This document shows, in pieces, positions 31,923 through 41,229 of a DNA stretch of 64,000 nt. The notes below the pieces were generated by a model. That model did not search any database and was not told where the DNA came from. It worked only from the letters and a program-made list of their open reading frames with translations. The stretch is taken from the IMG/VR virus record IMGVR_UViG_3300012979_001162, positions 1 through 64,000 of that record; one strand, written 5' to 3'. Origin of the DNA: a virus. Its lineage: Duplodnaviria > Caudoviricetes. Every line of letters begins with the position of its first letter. The stretch's first letter is position 1. A program made the position numbers and the translations under genes.

Positions 31923-33989
31923 ATGGCAACTATTAACGGAACATCGGTCGGAGGAATGACGCTTCAGATCGATTATTCATACACACAAAACACAACAGCA
32001 AACACATCAACTGTAACAGCAAAGTTGCAGTTGGTAAGCCACTACGCATTATACGCTACTGCGTTGAGTGGTTCATATATTTCAGTAGGTGGCAGTAGAA
32101 CGGATTACAGTACATCAATTAGTTATGGTGGCTCTGGCACTACAACAACTGTATTAGCAACAAAAACAGTCACCGTGTCGCACAACAGCAACGGAACTGG
32201 TACTTGCAATCTTTCTGGTACATTTGTAATGAACGGTACTTATCGTAATATTTATGTTGGTACTATGACTGTAAGTTCAACAATTACACTACCAACAATT
32301 CCTAGGGCATCGGGGTTGACCGTGCCAACAAGTGTTAATACTGGATCAGCATTGTCAGGTACAGTTTCGCCGTCTTCGACTTCATTTAATCATAAGGTCG
32401 AACTTAAAATTGGTTCTACGGTCAAACAAACTATCACGTTGGCAACGGGCACCAATACTTTCAGTGCTACAATTCCACACTCTTGGCTTCCAAATAGCAC
32501 AAGTGCTACAATATCTGTTGTCTTGTCAACATATAGTGGAACAACATTTATTGCAAGTGCAACCAAAAATGTAACAGCCAATGTCCCGGCTTCTGTTGTG
32601 CCGTCTGTAAGTGCTTTTACCGCCGCATCATCTGTAACTAGCGGAACGTTTGCGAATTTGTATGTTCAAGGTAAGACCACTGCAAAATTAACAGCAACTG
32701 CGACTGCAGGAGATGGAAGCTCTATTGCTTCATATACTTATAGTGGTTCTGGAATAAATACAACAGTTACGACTAATACTGCTACAACATCAACGCTTCA
32801 GGCAACTGGTACGCAAACATATACAGTGACTGTAAAAGACGCTCGTGGAAGAACTGCAAGTAGAACGGTTTCTATAACCGTTTACCCATATTCCGCGCCG
32901 TCGATTGGTCCAGTATCAGTGCAAAGATGTGACGCAAGCGGAAACCTCACGGAAAGTGGAACTTATGCAAAATATACTGTTAATTCCGCATATTCGACTG
33001 TCAATGCTAAAAATACAAGAACTGTTACCGTCGCTTATAGTAGCAACAACGGAACTTCTTATTCTGCTGAAACTACGCTACAAGCGGCAACTGATACTGC
33101 GGCAACTAAGACTGGTGTCTATGGTGGCGGAGCGTTTGCTATTGCTAGTGCTTATGTCTTAAGATTTACAATCAAGGATGCTTATGGTGCTACAAAAACC
33201 ATTACAGCCCCACTTCAGTCTGCTGCCAGACCAATTAATATCCGCTCAAATGGTAAGGGCGTATCTATCGGTGCTATGTCCACAAAAGACGCATTCGAAT
33301 GTTCACTCATTGCAGACTTTAATAAAGCCGTCAATATTGACGGTGCAGTTACTATGCAAAGCACTTTAACGACCGCCGGTGCAATAAGCCCTAAAGGCGA
33401 CATCAACATGGGTGGATTAAATGGGCAAACCAAAGAATTATATGTTAGATTTTCAAATCCAACTACATCAGAATACCCGCATAATTCTGTATTATATGGC
33501 GGAAGTCCGCTTACCGCAAACGCCATTGGATGTTATGATCAAAAAAATAGTAGAAATATCTGGAGCTATAATGATGCAAATAATGCAGTGTTTATTGGAA
33601 ACACAAATGCTCAGATATCTTTTAACGGTGCAAAATTAGCGGATTTTGTAGTAGCGCAAGGTACTAGTAGCGATTGGAACTATGCGAAATGGAATAGCGG
33701 TAAATCGGAGGCGTGGCGCACGATTGAATTGGGCGACGTGCCATTAACTTCATCGCTTGCGGGTGGTGTGTATTCAAACGCTTCATATAATGGTAGAGGC
33801 GTAACGCTTCCCACTGGATTATTTACGGCCATACCATTGGCATTTGCAAATGTTTATAGTAATGGTTATACACATTGTCAGGTTGCAAGTGCCAATACAA
33901 CACAACTTGTATATCGTTTATGGTCACCATATAGTGCAACAGTATCAGGCGTTATTGTCTCACTGTATGTTGTTGGTAAATGGAAATAA
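31923..33989 (+). CDS. Siphovirus tail fibre/baseplate protein (DUF859-like) with C-terminal receptor-binding-type domain
   Basis: QNTTANTSTVT...HNSNGTG...LPTIPRAS N-terminus; Ig-like VKDARGRT; C-terminal WNYAKWNSGKSEAW...VVGKWK. Confidence 0.8.
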   Translation: MATINGTSVGGMTLQIDYSYTQNTTANTSTVTAKLQLVSHYALYATALSGSYISVGGSRTDYSTSISYGGSGTTTTVLATKTVTVSHNSNGTGTCNLSGTFVMNGTYRNIYVGTMTVSSTITLPTIPRASGLTVPTSVNTGSALSGTVSPSSTSFNHKVELKIGSTVKQTITLATGTNTFSATIPHSWLPNSTSATISVVLSTYSGTTFIASATKNVTANVPASVVPSVSAFTAASSVTSGTFANLYVQGKTTAKLTATATAGDGSSIASYTYSGSGINTTVTTNTATTSTLQATGTQTYTVTVKDARGRTASRTVSITVYPYSAPSIGPVSVQRCDASGNLTESGTYAKYTVNSAYSTVNAKNTRTVTVAYSSNNGTSYSAETTLQAATDTAATKTGVYGGGAFAIASAYVLRFTIKDAYGATKTITAPLQSAARPINIRSNGKGVSIGAMSTKDAFECSLIADFNKAVNIDGAVTMQSTLTTAGAISPKGDINMGGLNGQTKELYVRFSNPTTSEYPHNSVLYGGSPLTANAIGCYDQKNSRNIWSYNDANNAVFIGNTNAQISFNGAKLADFVVAQGTSSDWNYAKWNSGKSEAWRTIELGDVPLTSSLAGGVYSNASYNGRGVTLPTGLFTAIPLAFANVYSNGYTHCQVASANTTQLVYRLWSPYSATVSGVIVSLYVVGKWK

Positions 33990-34050
33990 AAGAACCTCCT
34001 AAGAGAACAAAAAAAATACAAATACCTTATGATAGGAGGTGAACTATTAA

Positions 34051-34677
34051 ATGGGAGATATTATAAAAGCCATAGAGTTTTTAGGAATTCCTGCTACGAT
34101 AGCTATTGCTCTAGTCGGGCTATTTCTTATCCTTCAGATTATTGGAGAACTGTGTGAGCTGAAAGGCAAAATTGTTCCCGAGTTTTTAAAGATACGTAAA
34201 TATTTTAAACGAAAAAAGCAAGAAAAAGAAGATACGAAACGAATGATACAGGAATGCAAGCAAGCATTGTTAGAATTCAATTCGCATTATAATCCAGAGA
34301 ATATTGCTAAGCGCAATAATTGGATGCACGAGGTTGATGACAATGTAAGAAATAATGATGAATTTATACAGAAGCTTGATGGAAAAATGGATAAATTGTT
34401 GGAGACTAATGAGGCACTAACAGCTCAATTGGAACAAGTTAAAAGTAATGTATTGGAAAACGAAGCAGATCGTCTTCGCTCTGAATTGTTTGATTGTGGA
34501 AATAGATGCAGACGTCGCATTAGACTTCATCCAGAAGAAATGGACCACATGCGCGCCGTTTATCAAAAATATTCAGAGGTGTTACATCAGAATGGTCCGG
34601 GCAAGAAGGAATTTGATTTTATAGCAGATTATTATAACAAACAAGACTTTCCTGATTATCACAAAAAGAACGACTGA
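34051..34677 (+). CDS. Holin-like membrane protein
   Basis: One N-terminal TM segment, coiled coil, C-terminal Y..L..NG motif; last gene of tail block. Confidence 0.55.
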   Translation: MGDIIKAIEFLGIPATIAIALVGLFLILQIIGELCELKGKIVPEFLKIRKYFKRKKQEKEDTKRMIQECKQALLEFNSHYNPENIAKRNNWMHEVDDNVRNNDEFIQKLDGKMDKLLETNEALTAQLEQVKSNVLENEADRLRSELFDCGNRCRRRIRLHPEEMDHMRAVYQKYSEVLHQNGPGKKEFDFIADYYNKQDFPDYHKKND

Positions 34678-34776
34678 GCGCAATCACAATGCAACCTGTT
34701 GATAAAGATGTGCTCGGAGAGTTAATTGATGGCTTGGCAGTGTTGTCAAAGAAGATCAATATTGAGAAGAAATAAT

Positions 34777-34858
34777 TTTTAACAAATTGTAAATTATATC
34801 ATACATATATTGACATTTTGATAATTTTATGGTATAATACATACGATACAAAATGATT
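34777..34858 (+). promoter_or_regulatory. Composite promoter: direct repeat, sigma-A core and 17-bp box
   Basis: TTTTAA-N5-TGTAAA(34777-93), N16, TTGACA(34810)-N17-TATAAT(34833), TACGATACAAAATGATT(34842-58). Confidence 0.82.
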
Positions 34859-34944
34859 GGTGGGACAGTGGAGTAGCTACCATTGGTCGCCTTACCGACC
34901 TAACCACCTCATTTTGTTTTTTTACCTGTAAGGAGGAGCTAAAG

Positions 34945-36183
34945 ATGAGTAAGAAAACGCATGAAGAGTTTATTAACGAAATGAAAATAAAACAACCAAA
35001 TATAGAAGTGCTTGGGCAATATATACATAGTAAATCTGGTGTTTATTGTAAATGTAAAATATGTGGTTTCGATTGTTATCCAAATGGAAAACTATGGAAA
35101 CCTATTCCGAATAATTTATTACACAAAAATCCCACGGGGTGCCCACAGTGTTCTGGAAGCGTAAAAACTCACGCAAAGTTTATACAAGAAATGAGCGAAA
35201 AACGCCCAGATATAAATGTGATGGGAAAATATAAGAATAAGCGCTCTGGAGTGCATTGCCAATGTAAAATATGCGGATTTAGTCAATATCAAGACGGAAC
35301 TGCATGGACGCCTCTACCTGAAAATCTATTGAGTGGTATGGGTTGTCCGAATTGCAATAACGAAAATAAAACATCATTTGCAGAACAAGCAATCTTATTC
35401 TATTGTAACAAGTTTACTACGGCTATAAATAGATATACTAAGTTTGGCGTTGAAATTGATATATGGCTTCCAGAACTAAATGTTGGTATTGAGTACAATG
35501 GGATGCATTGGCACAACAAACGCGAACAAAAAGACCAAATTAAATTAGATACACTTCGGAAAAATAATATTAGAACGATAACAATACAAGACAGTGGCGA
35601 AAATGCGATAATTGGAGATGTTATCATGCACGCTGGTTGTGGTAAAAAATTTAACGAGATAGATTGGGCAATTAAGCAATTGTTGGGGGTATTACATATA
35701 TCGGACGTTGAAATAAGCACTGAGCGAGACGAACAAGCTATTTATGCTCAATACGCGTCTTTAAAAAAAGAAAACAGTTTTGAGTTTAATTATCCAGATA
35801 AAGCAAAAGAATGGGATTATGATAAAAATGGCGATGTGACTCCAGATAAGGTCAACAAACAAAGTGTCAGAAAGTTTTTTAGAATTTGCCCATTATGTAA
35901 TACAAGTTATAAAACGGCTTTGGTCAATTGGATTAAGAGGGATGGATGTCGTGCGTGTGCGGGTGAAAGGCAGCGAGGATTAAATAATCCAGTGGCAAAA
36001 CCTGTGTTAATATTTGATGTTGATGGTGTACTATTCAAACAGTTTGAATGTGAAAGGGATGCCGCAAAATATCTTGGCATTAGCACGTCTTCTGCATCTC
36101 GTAGATGTAAAGATCACAAGCCTCTTGAATTTGGTGTGTGTTTAGGGTGCACGCTTTGGCATGCAAGTGATTGCAAATGTTAA
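34945..36183 (+). CDS. Free-standing homing-endonuclease-like protein (Zn ribbons, PD-(D/E)XK, NUMOD1-like HTH)
   Basis: GCPxC repeats; TSFAE...EIDIW...GIEYNGMHWH; EWDYDKNG Zn-ribbon; C-terminal DAAKYLGIS. Confidence 0.75.
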   Translation: MSKKTHEEFINEMKIKQPNIEVLGQYIHSKSGVYCKCKICGFDCYPNGKLWKPIPNNLLHKNPTGCPQCSGSVKTHAKFIQEMSEKRPDINVMGKYKNKRSGVHCQCKICGFSQYQDGTAWTPLPENLLSGMGCPNCNNENKTSFAEQAILFYCNKFTTAINRYTKFGVEIDIWLPELNVGIEYNGMHWHNKREQKDQIKLDTLRKNNIRTITIQDSGENAIIGDVIMHAGCGKKFNEIDWAIKQLLGVLHISDVEISTERDEQAIYAQYASLKKENSFEFNYPDKAKEWDYDKNGDVTPDKVNKQSVRKFFRICPLCNTSYKTALVNWIKRDGCRACAGERQRGLNNPVAKPVLIFDVDGVLFKQFECERDAAKYLGISTSSASRRCKDHKPLEFGVCLGCTLWHASDCKC

Positions 36184-36187
36184 TATT

Positions 36188-36224
36188 AAAATAAGGCATG
36201 GATATTTCCGTGCCTTATTTTTTT
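36188..36224. terminator. Bidirectional intrinsic terminator
   Basis: AAAATAAGGCATGG-ATATTT-CCGTGCCTTATTTTTTT between convergent genes. Confidence 0.8.
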
Positions 36225-36364
36225 GCTTCATAATATTCTTTTAATAATTTATTAATATATGAATTAACTGTTCTCGCATCTTTGTGCGCTTCCATTTCAA
36301 TTCTTATTTTCAAAGAAATTGGCACTCTTAGTGTTAAATTTATAGTGGGTTCTTTTTCTTTCAT
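36215..36364 (-). CDS. 49-aa ribbon-helix-helix (Arc-like) protein (absent from ORF track)
   Basis: MKEKEPTINLTLRVPISLKIRIEMEAHKDARTVNSYINKLLKEYYEAKK; GAGGAG RBS; own promoter. Confidence 0.8.
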   Translation of the reverse strand: MKEKEPTINLTLRVPISLKIRIEMEAHKDARTVNSYINKLLKEYYEAKK

Positions 36365-36385
36365 TACTAATCACTCCTCATAAAT

Positions 36386-36448
36386 ATTCTAGCAATTAAA
36401 AAAATATTAGTCAATACGATTGACAAGTTTTGCACTCATAGGTATACT
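36386..36448. promoter_or_regulatory. Back-to-back sigma-A promoters (RHH gene leftward, tubRZ rightward)
   Basis: Minus TTGACT(36414-09)-N17-TAGAAT(36391-86); plus TTGACA(36420)-N17-TATACT(36443). Confidence 0.8.
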
Positions 36449-36515
36449 AATAATTAAGTTAGTGAGTGCAATCGTGTGCAACATCGCTTAATGGAGAGAA
36501 GGGGAGTGGAATAAC

Positions 36516-36779
36516 ATGGAACAACATGCAAAGACAAGTAGGTTTCAGATTATAATTTTATCGCTATTAAAAAATATGCAAGCAACATCGATTGCTTCTG
36601 CCGTAACGTTACATGAAATACAAGATGGTTATAATTTACAAAAGTCATATACTACTCTGTTTAGAAACGTAAAGCAATTTACACAGGCAGGATATATACA
36701 AGAAGGCCTACGAGATTATAAAAGCAAAACATACTATATCACAAATAAGGGATTAGAATTATTAATGGAGGTGCAATAA
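36516..36779 (+). CDS. TubR-like winged-helix protein
   Basis: SYTTLFRNVKQF...GYIQEG...TYYITNKG wHTH pattern directly upstream of tubulin-like gene. Confidence 0.7.
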   Translation: MEQHAKTSRFQIIILSLLKNMQATSIASAVTLHEIQDGYNLQKSYTTLFRNVKQFTQAGYIQEGLRDYKSKTYYITNKGLELLMEVQ

Positions 36780-36780
36780 T

Positions 36781-37806
36781 ATGAGAGAACAAATATCAGT
36801 ATTAGGATTAGGAGCGGCTGGCTCAAATGTCGCACAATTATTTAGTGAGCTAGAATACTCAACGGCGGTGCTTAATAGTTCACAAGAAGATCTTAATGTA
36901 ATTAAAAATGTCGCTCATAAGATTAAAGTTCGTAATGGTGAGGGCGCTTCAAAAAATCGTCAAGCCATACTTAAATTAGCCGCCGAATCTATTGATGAAA
37001 TTATAGAAAATATAACGACGGTCTTAAAAAATAAATATATCATTGTGATATTTTCTGCAGGCGGAGGTACTGGATCTGGCTTAAGCACTTTTATATGTTC
37101 ATATTTGACTCAAGTTGGTAAAGTAGTGATACCTGTAGTAATTCTTCCGGACGACGCTAAAGAATCAATACGAGCATGTGAGAATACGTATAATCTTATC
37201 GCAGAGCTAAACGGCGTACAGGGTCTTGGTGCTACATTTTTATTAGATAATGCTAAACACGAAGATAAGTTCGCTATCAATAACAAATTTGTCAGAGATA
37301 TGGATGCGTTTTTAAGTATTAATAACTGCAGTCAAATGGGTAATTTAGACAAGAGTGAAATCAAGACGCTTCTCTCCACTCCAGGAGTCGCTGTGCTATC
37401 AAAACAAAGCAAAAGCAAAAGTACGGTCACTGATGTAATAGGTGGCATTAGAAACGGAATATACGCTGATATTGAGTCAAAAACTTTAATGTACTTAGGC
37501 ATTTCTACATCGAATAAATCTTTCTTAACTACTTCTTTGGAGCAAGAGTTTGGTGTGCCGTATGATACATTTATCGGATATTCTGAAGCAACAACCGTAA
37601 CCATATTAACAGGACTCCAACTTCCTATTAAACGCATAAAAAAATTTGAAGATAAAGTTAATAACATGTCTAAAATTGTACAGGAGAATTTATCAATAAA
37701 GAATTCAATTACATTTAATACATTAAACACAATTACTTCTGCCCAACCAGAAGTTAAACAAACCCATGTAACGGGCAGGGATTTGTTAATGCAATTTATG
37801 AAATAA
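36781..37806 (+). CDS. tubZ: TubZ-like tubulin/FtsZ-family GTPase
   Basis: GLGAAGSN, GASKNR, tubulin signature GGGTGSG, T7-like GNLDKSE. Confidence 0.88.
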   Translation: MREQISVLGLGAAGSNVAQLFSELEYSTAVLNSSQEDLNVIKNVAHKIKVRNGEGASKNRQAILKLAAESIDEIIENITTVLKNKYIIVIFSAGGGTGSGLSTFICSYLTQVGKVVIPVVILPDDAKESIRACENTYNLIAELNGVQGLGATFLLDNAKHEDKFAINNKFVRDMDAFLSINNCSQMGNLDKSEIKTLLSTPGVAVLSKQSKSKSTVTDVIGGIRNGIYADIESKTLMYLGISTSNKSFLTTSLEQEFGVPYDTFIGYSEATTVTILTGLQLPIKRIKKFEDKVNNMSKIVQENLSIKNSITFNTLNTITSAQPEVKQTHVTGRDLLMQFMK

Positions 37807-37808
37807 TT

Positions 37809-37842
37809 AAGAGTCACCGAATATGGTGGCTCTTATTTTTTT
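37809..37842. terminator. Terminator at the convergence of the two arms
   Basis: AAGAGTCACC-GAATAT-GGTGGCTCTT followed by ATTTTTTT. Confidence 0.8.
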
Positions 37843-37873
37843 ACGCCAAAAAGAAAAGAGGGTAACCCCCTCC

Positions 37874-39856
37874 TTAAAACACCGTTTTCTTATAACTTAT
37901 ATCTCCAATCCACAATCCTATGCTTTCCGCAATCTTGAATATAACATCATTGTTGCCTTCCCATCTGGTATAGCCTATAACATTGTTGCCTATCAGAACA
38001 CGCTCAAGCTCCTTGACGTCTGCTATTAGTTTGTAGCCACGATTCATTGGGTTTCTTTGTATAATACCTTGCTCAAGCAATTCTTCTTTTACTATTTTTG
38101 ATAAGCTTTCAAATGTTAATTTTATCCCCTGCTCTCTCATATAGAACGCAGCATTTCTTGTTACAATCTTTTCTGGATCTTTTAGTATGAATTCGTATAA
38201 TAGTTCTTTAATTTTGCGTATTTTTGATGCGCCAACCTTAAAGTAATTATTGCATAAATCATGTAGGTTGCCTTTTAGATATATATCTAGTCCGCCATCT
38301 TCATATACATTAATTTTGTCTACTAACATCAACACTTGCTTTTTAGTAATTTGTTGCGTTGTAAGAACATTATTTATTATGCTAATAGCGCCATTTAAGT
38401 TTTTTCTAACTTCTATTTCATCTATCGCTATATTTTGCATATCTGCAATTTGTTGTTCTAATACTTTTATTTCTGCGTATTTTTCATTTTGAATATCATT
38501 ATATATTTTGTTGATGCTATCTATTGAACCTGGATTTTCCATTATTTCATAGTTTTTTTGTTCTATAAGTATTTTAACTGCTTGTTGCACTCTATCTAAT
38601 TTATTTATAAGTTGCTGAATGTTATCACTACAGTCTACTCTATTAGACATTTCTGACTGTATAATTTGGTCAATGTCTTTAAGAACATTCATTAGGTTAT
38701 TTTTGCAATGTTCTAAAAATTCCAATAAAGCTTCGGTTAGGTTTGACTCTGTTATACTGTGACTTGTGCACACTGATGTGCCGTATATGTTGTACGCCTT
38801 GCACACATATCTAGTGTTACTGCCACCATTTGCTGATGTCAGCCTTGTTCCACAATCCGCACAATATAGCAATCCGGCAAATATATTTGGTCGCGTTTGA
38901 TTTTTCTTGCCTCGATAATGTTCCACCGTTCTTGATTTAATAATTTCTTGTACAAGCTTAAATGTCGGTTCGTCTATTATCGGCTCGTGATGATGCTTAA
39001 ATACATGTTGGTCTTCTTTGGGCACTGGAACCTGCTTTCCATTAATTGCCCTGTTTTTATATTTACCTAGCGTTAATGTGCCGATATAAAAATCATTATT
39101 TAACATTTGCTGTATAGCCTTGATGTCCCATTTGGTAGTTGCCTTTCTTTTGCTTACTCCACCCCTTGCCTCCGTATATTGCTTTTTTATCATTGCTGGT
39201 GTAGGTATATTTCTTTCTGTTAATTCTCTTGCTATAAGCTTCACTCCCATTCCACTTATATACATATCGAATATTTGTTTTACATATGGAGCAACCATTG
39301 GATCTACGGAATATTTGCTTTTGTCATAATGGTCTTTGACATAGCCATAAGGCACACTAATAACACACGAACCGTCCTTTTGGGCAGAAGCAAGACTTTT
39401 TCTGATTTTTTTGCTCGTTTCAACTACATATCGTTCGTTCATCCAAATTCTTATGCCGACCATATCGTGTGTTGACTCATCTAATGTGTCATAATTATCA
39501 CCAGGCGCGATAACTCTTTTGCCTGTTTCCAATATATTTTCTAGGAATAATTGAACCTTTGGTGAATGCCTTCCTATTCTAGATAAGTCTTTCACAATAA
39601 TCAAATCTACCTTGTTGTCATTTAAATCTTTTTTTAATTGATTAAAATCCGGTCTATCCATAGTGTATCCGCTATAACCGTCGTCTACATAGAACTTGGT
39701 AATGATAATTCCATTTTCTTTTGCATATTGTTCTATAATCTTTCTTTGGTTACTTATGCTCGTACTTTCCTTGTCGTCACCGTCTTCAATTGATAGCCTT
39801 AGATAGGACACACCCTCTTTTATTTCTTTGATTGGATATATTTTTCCTTTTTGCAT
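37874..39856 (-). CDS. Large serine recombinase (resolvase, recombinase, Zn-ribbon) with C-terminal extension
   Basis: YLRLS catalytic motif, DDGYSG..RP, KDLSRIGR, PYGY, HEPIID, LLYCADCG. Confidence 0.92.
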   Translation of the reverse strand: MQKGKIYPIKEIKEGVSYLRLSIEDGDDKESTSISNQRKIIEQYAKENGIIITKFYVDDGYSGYTMDRPDFNQLKKDLNDNKVDLIIVKDLSRIGRHSPKVQLFLENILETGKRVIAPGDNYDTLDESTHDMVGIRIWMNERYVVETSKKIRKSLASAQKDGSCVISVPYGYVKDHYDKSKYSVDPMVAPYVKQIFDMYISGMGVKLIARELTERNIPTPAMIKKQYTEARGGVSKRKATTKWDIKAIQQMLNNDFYIGTLTLGKYKNRAINGKQVPVPKEDQHVFKHHHEPIIDEPTFKLVQEIIKSRTVEHYRGKKNQTRPNIFAGLLYCADCGTRLTSANGGSNTRYVCKAYNIYGTSVCTSHSITESNLTEALLEFLEHCKNNLMNVLKDIDQIIQSEMSNRVDCSDNIQQLINKLDRVQQAVKILIEQKNYEIMENPGSIDSINKIYNDIQNEKYAEIKVLEQQIADMQNIAIDEIEVRKNLNGAISIINNVLTTQQITKKQVLMLVDKINVYEDGGLDIYLKGNLHDLCNNYFKVGASKIRKIKELLYEFILKDPEKIVTRNAAFYMREQGIKLTFESLSKIVKEELLEQGIIQRNPMNRGYKLIADVKELERVLIGNNVIGYTRWEGNNDVIFKIAESIGLWIGDISYKKTVF

Positions 39857-39914
39857 ACATACGCCACCCTTCCATTGTTGTTTCTTTTAGATGACATTAT
39901 TGTACCATAAAGGA

Positions 39915-40100
39915 CTATTGCTTTACTATAGATTTGATGAAATTATATAAATTTTCTTTCAATTCCCCATCTCCACTAACACAAATACTGAGTCTGTATT
40001 CTTTGGAGATGTCGTCATGCGCGAATGCTTCTCTGATCTGCTTAATCTCTGTTGTTGTAATGGTTGTGGGAACGAAGATTGTAATTATGCCCTTTTTCAT
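39915..40100 (-). CDS. Small hypothetical protein upstream of the serine recombinase
   Basis: 61 aa, ATGA overlap with upstream gene. Confidence 0.6.
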   Translation of the reverse strand: MKKGIITIFVPTTITTTEIKQIREAFAHDDISKEYRLSICVSGDGELKENLYNFIKSIVKQ

Positions 40101-40642
40101 TTTGAGATGTCCTTATCAAAATATCCGAAGCAAATGAAATCAATCTGAGTGTATGGCTTGTACCCATCCCACTTAAAATGATAATCTGATCTAAAGTACA
40201 TTACATACGGTGGAAGAGTGCATCCATTTTGTAACACCAAATCAACCGCTGTGTAATTTAGTTCCGTAGGCGTTGTTTTATAAAGCAAATTTGCAGGCGT
40301 GAATTGATACGGTGAATATATTACATCTTCCAAAGTATCTCCCCATCTACCATCTTGCCATCTATTAATAACCGTAGATGCCACTGCCATTTGACACTCA
40401 AGGCTTTCCGTGTTGGCTTCTCGATATACTAATCTTGCTAACATTTCCCTTTCTGTTGATGTAATGTCATAGGCATATATGGGCTCTTTTATCACCTCAA
40501 CAATCACTTCTTTTTCTACCTCTTTGATGATTTCTATCGTTTCAGCTTCTTTGGGTATGATTGCAATAATAATGCAAAGTAATATTATAATGCTTATTAG
40601 TTTTATAATAATACAATAGTAAGTTCGTTTTTGTTCTTCCAT
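40097..40642 (-). CDS. SleB/CwlJ-like cell wall hydrolase (Hydrolase_2) with N-terminal membrane anchor
   Basis: LARLVYREA...VASTVINR...DVIYSPYQF. Confidence 0.85.
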   Translation of the reverse strand: MEEQKRTYYCIIIKLISIIILLCIIIAIIPKEAETIEIIKEVEKEVIVEVIKEPIYAYDITSTEREMLARLVYREANTESLECQMAVASTVINRWQDGRWGDTLEDVIYSPYQFTPANLLYKTTPTELNYTAVDLVLQNGCTLPPYVMYFRSDYHFKWDGYKPYTQIDFICFGYFDKDISK

Positions 40643-40657
40643 TTATACCACTCCTTA

Positions 40658-40692
40658 AAAATAAAAAGAGGTGATAAATTGATACCACCTCT
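40658..40692 (-). terminator. Intrinsic terminator after dut
   Basis: Minus strand AGAGGTGGTA..TATCACCTCT followed by TTTTATTTT. Confidence 0.7.
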
Positions 40693-40704
40693 ATGAAATT
40701 TTAG

Positions 40705-41217
40705 TTACTTGCCTGAACTACCAAGTGCTCCGAGTCCACGCTCTGACTTGATGTTCTGAAGTTCCTCGTATGAAACCTCTTCTACTTCTGTTTTAGGGAC
40801 AGGAATTACAAGTGCCTGGGCAATAGCCTTAGAATATGGATACACAAAGCTTTCAGGCATTGTGGTGCCGTAATAATTGCCGTAAGTCTCCATCTCGGTT
40901 AATTTAGAAATAAACATAACCTTATCAGTTGTATTAGTTAAGCCAATGAACCATTCGTTACGATACCCGGAATCAATTACTCCACATCGTCTTGCAATAC
41001 CCTTCGAACCTGTACTGCCTCTTTCAAAAACAAGAAAGCCATAGTCGGAACTACAAGCACTTGCGATGCCGGTAGGGATGAGTTTAGTTTCGTGAGGTTC
41101 GATTACTATATAATCCTCATCAAAACAAGCATAAATATCAAAACCCATATCCTCGTCACGTTTACTAGGGATCTTGGCATCAGGTCTGACTTTTGCAAAT
41201 TTTACATTAGTTACCAT
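40705..41217 (-). CDS. dut: Trimeric dUTPase
   Basis: GFDIY, ERGSTG, GVIDSGYR, IAQ, RGLGALGSSG. Confidence 0.93.
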   Translation of the reverse strand: MVTNVKFAKVRPDAKIPSKRDEDMGFDIYACFDEDYIVIEPHETKLIPTGIASACSSDYGFLVFERGSTGSKGIARRCGVIDSGYRNEWFIGLTNTTDKVMFISKLTEMETYGNYYGTTMPESFVYPYSKAIAQALVIPVPKTEVEEVSYEELQNIKSERGLGALGSSGK

Positions 41218-41229
41218 ATTTGCACCTCA

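Noticed and set aside
36781-37806. PhuZ/phage-nucleus system
   Set aside because: Paired with a TubR-like wHTH gene in a Firmicutes siphovirus-like context; no chimallin-like or multisubunit RNA polymerase genes seen
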